This document shows positions 59,898 through 64,000 of a DNA stretch of 64,000 nucleotides, piece by piece (the stretch's first letter is position 1; each line of letters opens with the position of its first letter). A program made the position numbers and the translations under genes. The DNA is taken from assembly GCA_002269645.1 (NCBI GenBank), contig NIVC01002688.1, positions 1-64,000 on the forward strand. Direction: 5' to 3'. The notes under the pieces are model-generated. The model made no database searches. It had not been told where the DNA came from and saw only the letters and a list, made by a program, of their open reading frames with translations. This DNA comes from Macrostomum lignano. Taxonomy: Eukaryota.

Positions 59898-61237
59898 TTA
59901 GAATATATAAACTCAAAAGGCAACAAAGATACAAAAGAAAAGGCAGCCTTATGGTCGTAACATTATGGTCGTGACATATTTTTTTCTGTCAATTCAGTAA
60001 CTTTGAGGTACTAATACATTAAAAATATAATAGATTATTTGGTCACCAATGCTTTTATCTTATGATGCAAGTACTATACTTTTATCTATAGTTTGTTTCA
60101 ACCTTCAAAAGCTTTCTATTTGTTTTTAAAAGGTACAAAATCTTAATGATGTATTTTGCTTCAAAAAATGTCCAAATTTTTACAAAAATGACTTTTTGCC
60201 AATTGATAACATACTTATCCAACATTTTACCATTCCTTTATTCTTAGATTGTATATATTGCACAATATAAACATTTGGTAAAAAAATAGGCTAATTAGGC
60301 AATGGCAAGCAAAAATATTGACTTTTTTCTATTTTCCAAATATGTCTATCTTATATGGAATGAGCCTGATGAGAAAAATTCAGGAAGTGGACTTTCAGCG
60401 CAACTTATCAAAAGAACTGTTGTAAAAGAATTTTGTCGCAATGTTATGTCACTTTCTTGCCTACTGCATCATGCCATTCTGATGGCCTTTTCTAATCTGC
60501 TATGTAGAGCTGCTACTAGCCAAGGACTGCAGCATTGGATGTCCTACATCCAGGAAACATGGATTAGGAGTTCAATGTGGCCACCAAAATCATGGTCATC
60601 TTACTGGCAGCTGTATAGGACAAACAACAATGCTGAAAGTTGGCACAACCATCTGAACTAAAAGGCCACTTGTGGTTCTCTTCAGTTTTATTGCCTCCTG
60701 CTATTGATAGTTTTACATATTAAAACTAAAAATTAGCATTAAAAAATAAAATAAAGATACTTGTATGGCTGTATCTCTAGTTAATACATAATAGTACTAG
60801 TACATTAATACCCATGCCCAAATTGGAGGCGAAATGGTCCATGGCTGAACTGGTTTATGGGCGAAATGGACTATGGGCAAAATGTCCATGGCTGAAATGG
60901 TTTGGGGGCAAAACAACTGGAATTCAGGTAGGCCTATAGGCCCAAAACTTAAAGTTTGCTGTAGACATAAAATTTAAATAAGTATACCCTAGGACCTAAA
61001 CCTAATATAACTCTAAGTGGTTTGGTTTGCAGTTGGCTAAAAGTCATGCTAGACCTAATTTTGCCAGATAGCTAGTTAGCTTTATATAAAATGCCTATAT
61101 GAATATAGGAAACTAATCATTTTGCCCTCAAACTATAGACATTTCCCTTAGACCATTTTGTCTATATGACATATACCCAAGTAAGATATTTTGCTAGTGC
61201 TAAAATGTAAATTTTATCCAAGGACAAGGTGCAAGGT

Positions 61238-61602
61238 TGGGGGCCATAGCCCAGCGGTAGCGCAGCTGCTCTGGTGTGCTGCAACCCAGGCTCGATTCCA
61301 AGTGCAGCCAAATTAATTTGGGGCTGGATTGGAATATTGGCTTGGCTCGCTTGTGCAATTAACGGCCTTGAGAGCCAACCCCCCAAGGCGCAGTGAAGTG
61401 TACATGCTTAACGATAATAAAAAGTTAGGGCCGCTGTACACTCCTGTGTGAGTGTGTGCCTGAGTACGTATCCGCACGCTTGTATGCCTGCTCAGGGGAG
61501 TCGGCAGAATGGGCAGTAATGCCTCTTGCCGGTTGTGTGCCAATGACGCTTAAATTGCGCCAGGGTGCACACAACCCCCTGCCTCTAATAAAAAAAAATA
61601 AA
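61238..61602 (+). mobile_element. Full-length tRNA-derived SINE (about 365 bp) with 12-bp TSD
   Basis: Head ggggccaTAGCCCAGCGGtag (A box)..GGCTCGATTCC (B box); A-rich tail at 61586-61602; TSD aaggtgcaaggt at 61226-61237 and 61603-61614. Confidence 0.88.
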
Positions 61603-64000
61603 AAGGTGCAAGGTCTAATTTTATAATGCAATCATGCAATTTAAAAAGTCAAAATGTTCTGTTATACAAAAAACCTAAGCCAATATAGTGATAAACCAAT
61701 TTATAATACCATTTGAGTATTTTGGTCATAGGCCTATTTGGCAAAAAAATATTAATTATTATAAATTAATTATTAAAACAAAATTAACATGTATATATTG
61801 AAATGGTTTTTTGGGGTTGACTTGAGGTGGCTTAGTAGGTCTTAAGTCTCAAGCCTCTTCTCTCAGGAGCCTTCTTCGTAGCTCTTAGTAGCATCAATAG
61901 TGCTGCCACCAGTCTGTCAGGTCTCCACCTTTGATAAAGTGAGTTTCCATTGGGATGAAGTAACTAAGATGAGCAAACTCAGCACAACATGCAGATTTGC
62001 CGCCCAATGTACAAGGAATCTCGTCAGCAGATCCTGCCAAGCTTAGGGGGTAGTTGGCCATAGTCTTAAGTATGCACTGTGCATGCGAGAATATCTCCCA
62101 GCTATGCACACTGCATGTGGAAAAGGGGAGGCTGGGAGAGAAGGTCTGTGCTGCACGCCAACAGACTGGGGAGGGTCCACAGTCTGCGCCACATATAGAT
62201 AGACCAGAGGGTGACTTGATAAATATATAAAGAAATACCTTCTAGGCTTCACAGTATGTCATAGTCACAGCATGACAATTCACAAGTCGTGGCCTATGGT
62301 TGCCTCCTGGTTGGCCTTGGACTCAGGCTCCAGCTCTAGCACTAGGGGGTGGCCAACAAACAGGTAGCGGGAATGGAGTTCCACACACTTGTCCACAACT
62401 TTGCTGACTTCATACTTCTTGGCATGCACATCCTTAAAAAATGGGCCCACTGTACACGGTACATGCAATGTACACAGCGCCCGCCAGCCTTAGACCCAGT
62501 TGTACGTGGGAATAACCCCCACAGAACAGCATACTTGGGAGTGTGGGTAGTAGAGAAGGCTGTGTTAGCCTCTTATTGGCTTGGGGTTGGCTTTAGATAG
62601 GACTCAGTCAGATTACAAGCAGAGTTAACAGTCACAGACACAGAACAGGCATTCTAGAATGAGAAATTAGAAGCCTCAGACCTGAAACTGCTTCAAGCGG
62701 TTCAAATGGTTGATGGAAACAGGGGTGAAGGGGGTCTATATTTATAGAGAAGGATTCATCCCTGCCCATGCACAAGACCTTGTGACTTTGTTCTATTTTT
62801 AGAACTGATGTCATTGGGGTCCCTGGGCAAAGTGGCATTAGGCAGTGACTCAGTGTCTATTTTTAGAAACATGAGTCACTCTTCTCCTTAGAAAAGGGGA
62901 GGGCCTTAGGCATATGATTCTCCCATAAACACAAGCCAGCAAGTGCATTAAACATGTTTACTACTCTTTAGGACTCCAAGAAAACAAGACCTATCATATG
63001 ACTTGCAAAACAAGAGTAGACCACAGCAGAGAAGCTTGTGGCTACAAATGAGAGTACAGAAAATGGGCAGAAAATGGAACAGGGGACAGCAAACAGGCAG
63101 GCAAAAGGGAAGACAGGAAGCTGACCAGCAGCAGACAGCGACCTAGGGCAAGGGCAAGGGAAGCTGTTGACTAAGTGTGACATCTAACCAAAATAGTGGC
63201 TCACTACAATATAATAAAAGTACATGAATAATATTAATAGAAATACATAGAAATTCTAATTATAGCATGCTATTATCTCTCTTTTGGGAATATATGCTTG
63301 GTTTTTGCACTCATTATTCATGTTTTTAGCTTTGGAGGGACTTATCCTATCTTAGGATAACTTCTCAGGGACTAGCAGGTTTTTATTTAGCTCTTTATTA
63401 TAAAATATAATACTATAGGCATTTCTTTGGTTTACAATCTTTGAAATTGCTTTACAATCTGTATAAGAAAAATGTCATATGACAAAAAATGTTTTTTTAA
63501 TTAAGCTAATTGTCCAAAATCATTTTTATTTTTTGTCAAACAATCAAATACTAACCAGAAAAATGATACAAACAGATTTTTATGTGTACAATTGTTTAAT
63601 GAAGAAGATCCTATATATCTACTTCAGTTTACAATTATTCAAATAGTAGAAATATATGTAAATGATTGTGAACCAAATGTAAATGGGTTTTAGTGTATCA
63701 TTTCAAATTCTAGAACTGTGATGAAGAGGATTCTATATATCCACTTTGGTTTTTGGTCATTTAAATAGCAGACATAGGCTTAGTGTAAGTAACCAAAATT
63801 GATCTCTATCTAGATACATACAACATTTTTAATCATTTATTTATGTCATTTAAATTAAGGCTGAAGGGATAGTAAGGACATGTAATAGCTAGTAGACTAA
63901 TTCATTTGTCTTTATCCATAGATCTCTATAGACAATGTATGAGTTAAGTTAGAAGCTACCATATAGTAGGCAAACTACTGTCACAACATTATGTACAAAT

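Larger units (their letters stand above)
54552..60366. mobile_element. Unclassified non-autonomous TIR element inserted into the MULE transposase
   Basis: Perfect 17-bp TIR ggctcattccatataag / cttatatggaatgagcc; TSD tgat (or ctgatg if the termini are one base shorter). Removing it restores the MULE frame QALM-RKIQ. Internal ttatggtcgtaac motifs at about 54570, 54737 and 59950. Confidence 0.85.
53720..60925 (+). mobile_element. Decayed Mutator-like (MULE) DNA transposon, interrupted by two nested insertions
   Basis: 9-bp TSD aggtaggcc (53711-53719, 60926-60934); repeat-rich TIRs 53720-~53845 and ~60815-60925. Transposase: WFVDGMF*VIREPFY*LFMFHAF..DFEKSVWSAF..FHFWQALM (54250-54552), resuming LMRKIQEV..TWIRSSMWPPKSW..RTNNNAESWHNHLN (60366-60660). 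Confidence 0.88.

Noticed and set aside
61890-62900. Possible degraded gag/ORF1 with a CCHC-like CAEFAHLSYF stretch
   Set aside because: Too many stops and too little similarity to call; no termini found.

Overview
Eukaryotic (animal) genomic DNA. It has GC-rich spliced exons, introns packed with minisatellites, and AT-rich TE graveyards. The style resembles the flatworm Macrostomum, but that is inference only. Five genes are supported: (1) an RNF213/mysterin-like giant AAA+/E3 gene on the minus strand, from 12039 to beyond the left edge; (2) a NACHT-WD40 (NWD1/2-like) gene, minus, 21036-32522; (3) fascin, minus, 34149-39567; (4) an intronless divergent GOSR1-like SNARE, plus, 47408-48139; (5) HSD17B10/scully, minus, 49270-50481. 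Mobile DNA includes two CORE-SINE copies, a full SINE with a TSD, mariner-type and hAT-type MITEs, a deleted RTE-like LINE and a THAP remnant. A three-level nest sits at 53.7-60.9 kb: a decayed MULE, interrupted by an unclassified TIR element, interrupted by a very recent pol-less LTR element. That LTR element has apparently identical 747-bp LTRs, a duplicated LTR-end/PBS module and an intact orphan 291-aa ORF with its own TATA box. It is the best candidate here for an undescribed system. All coordinates and alignments were read by eye; no database searches were run.
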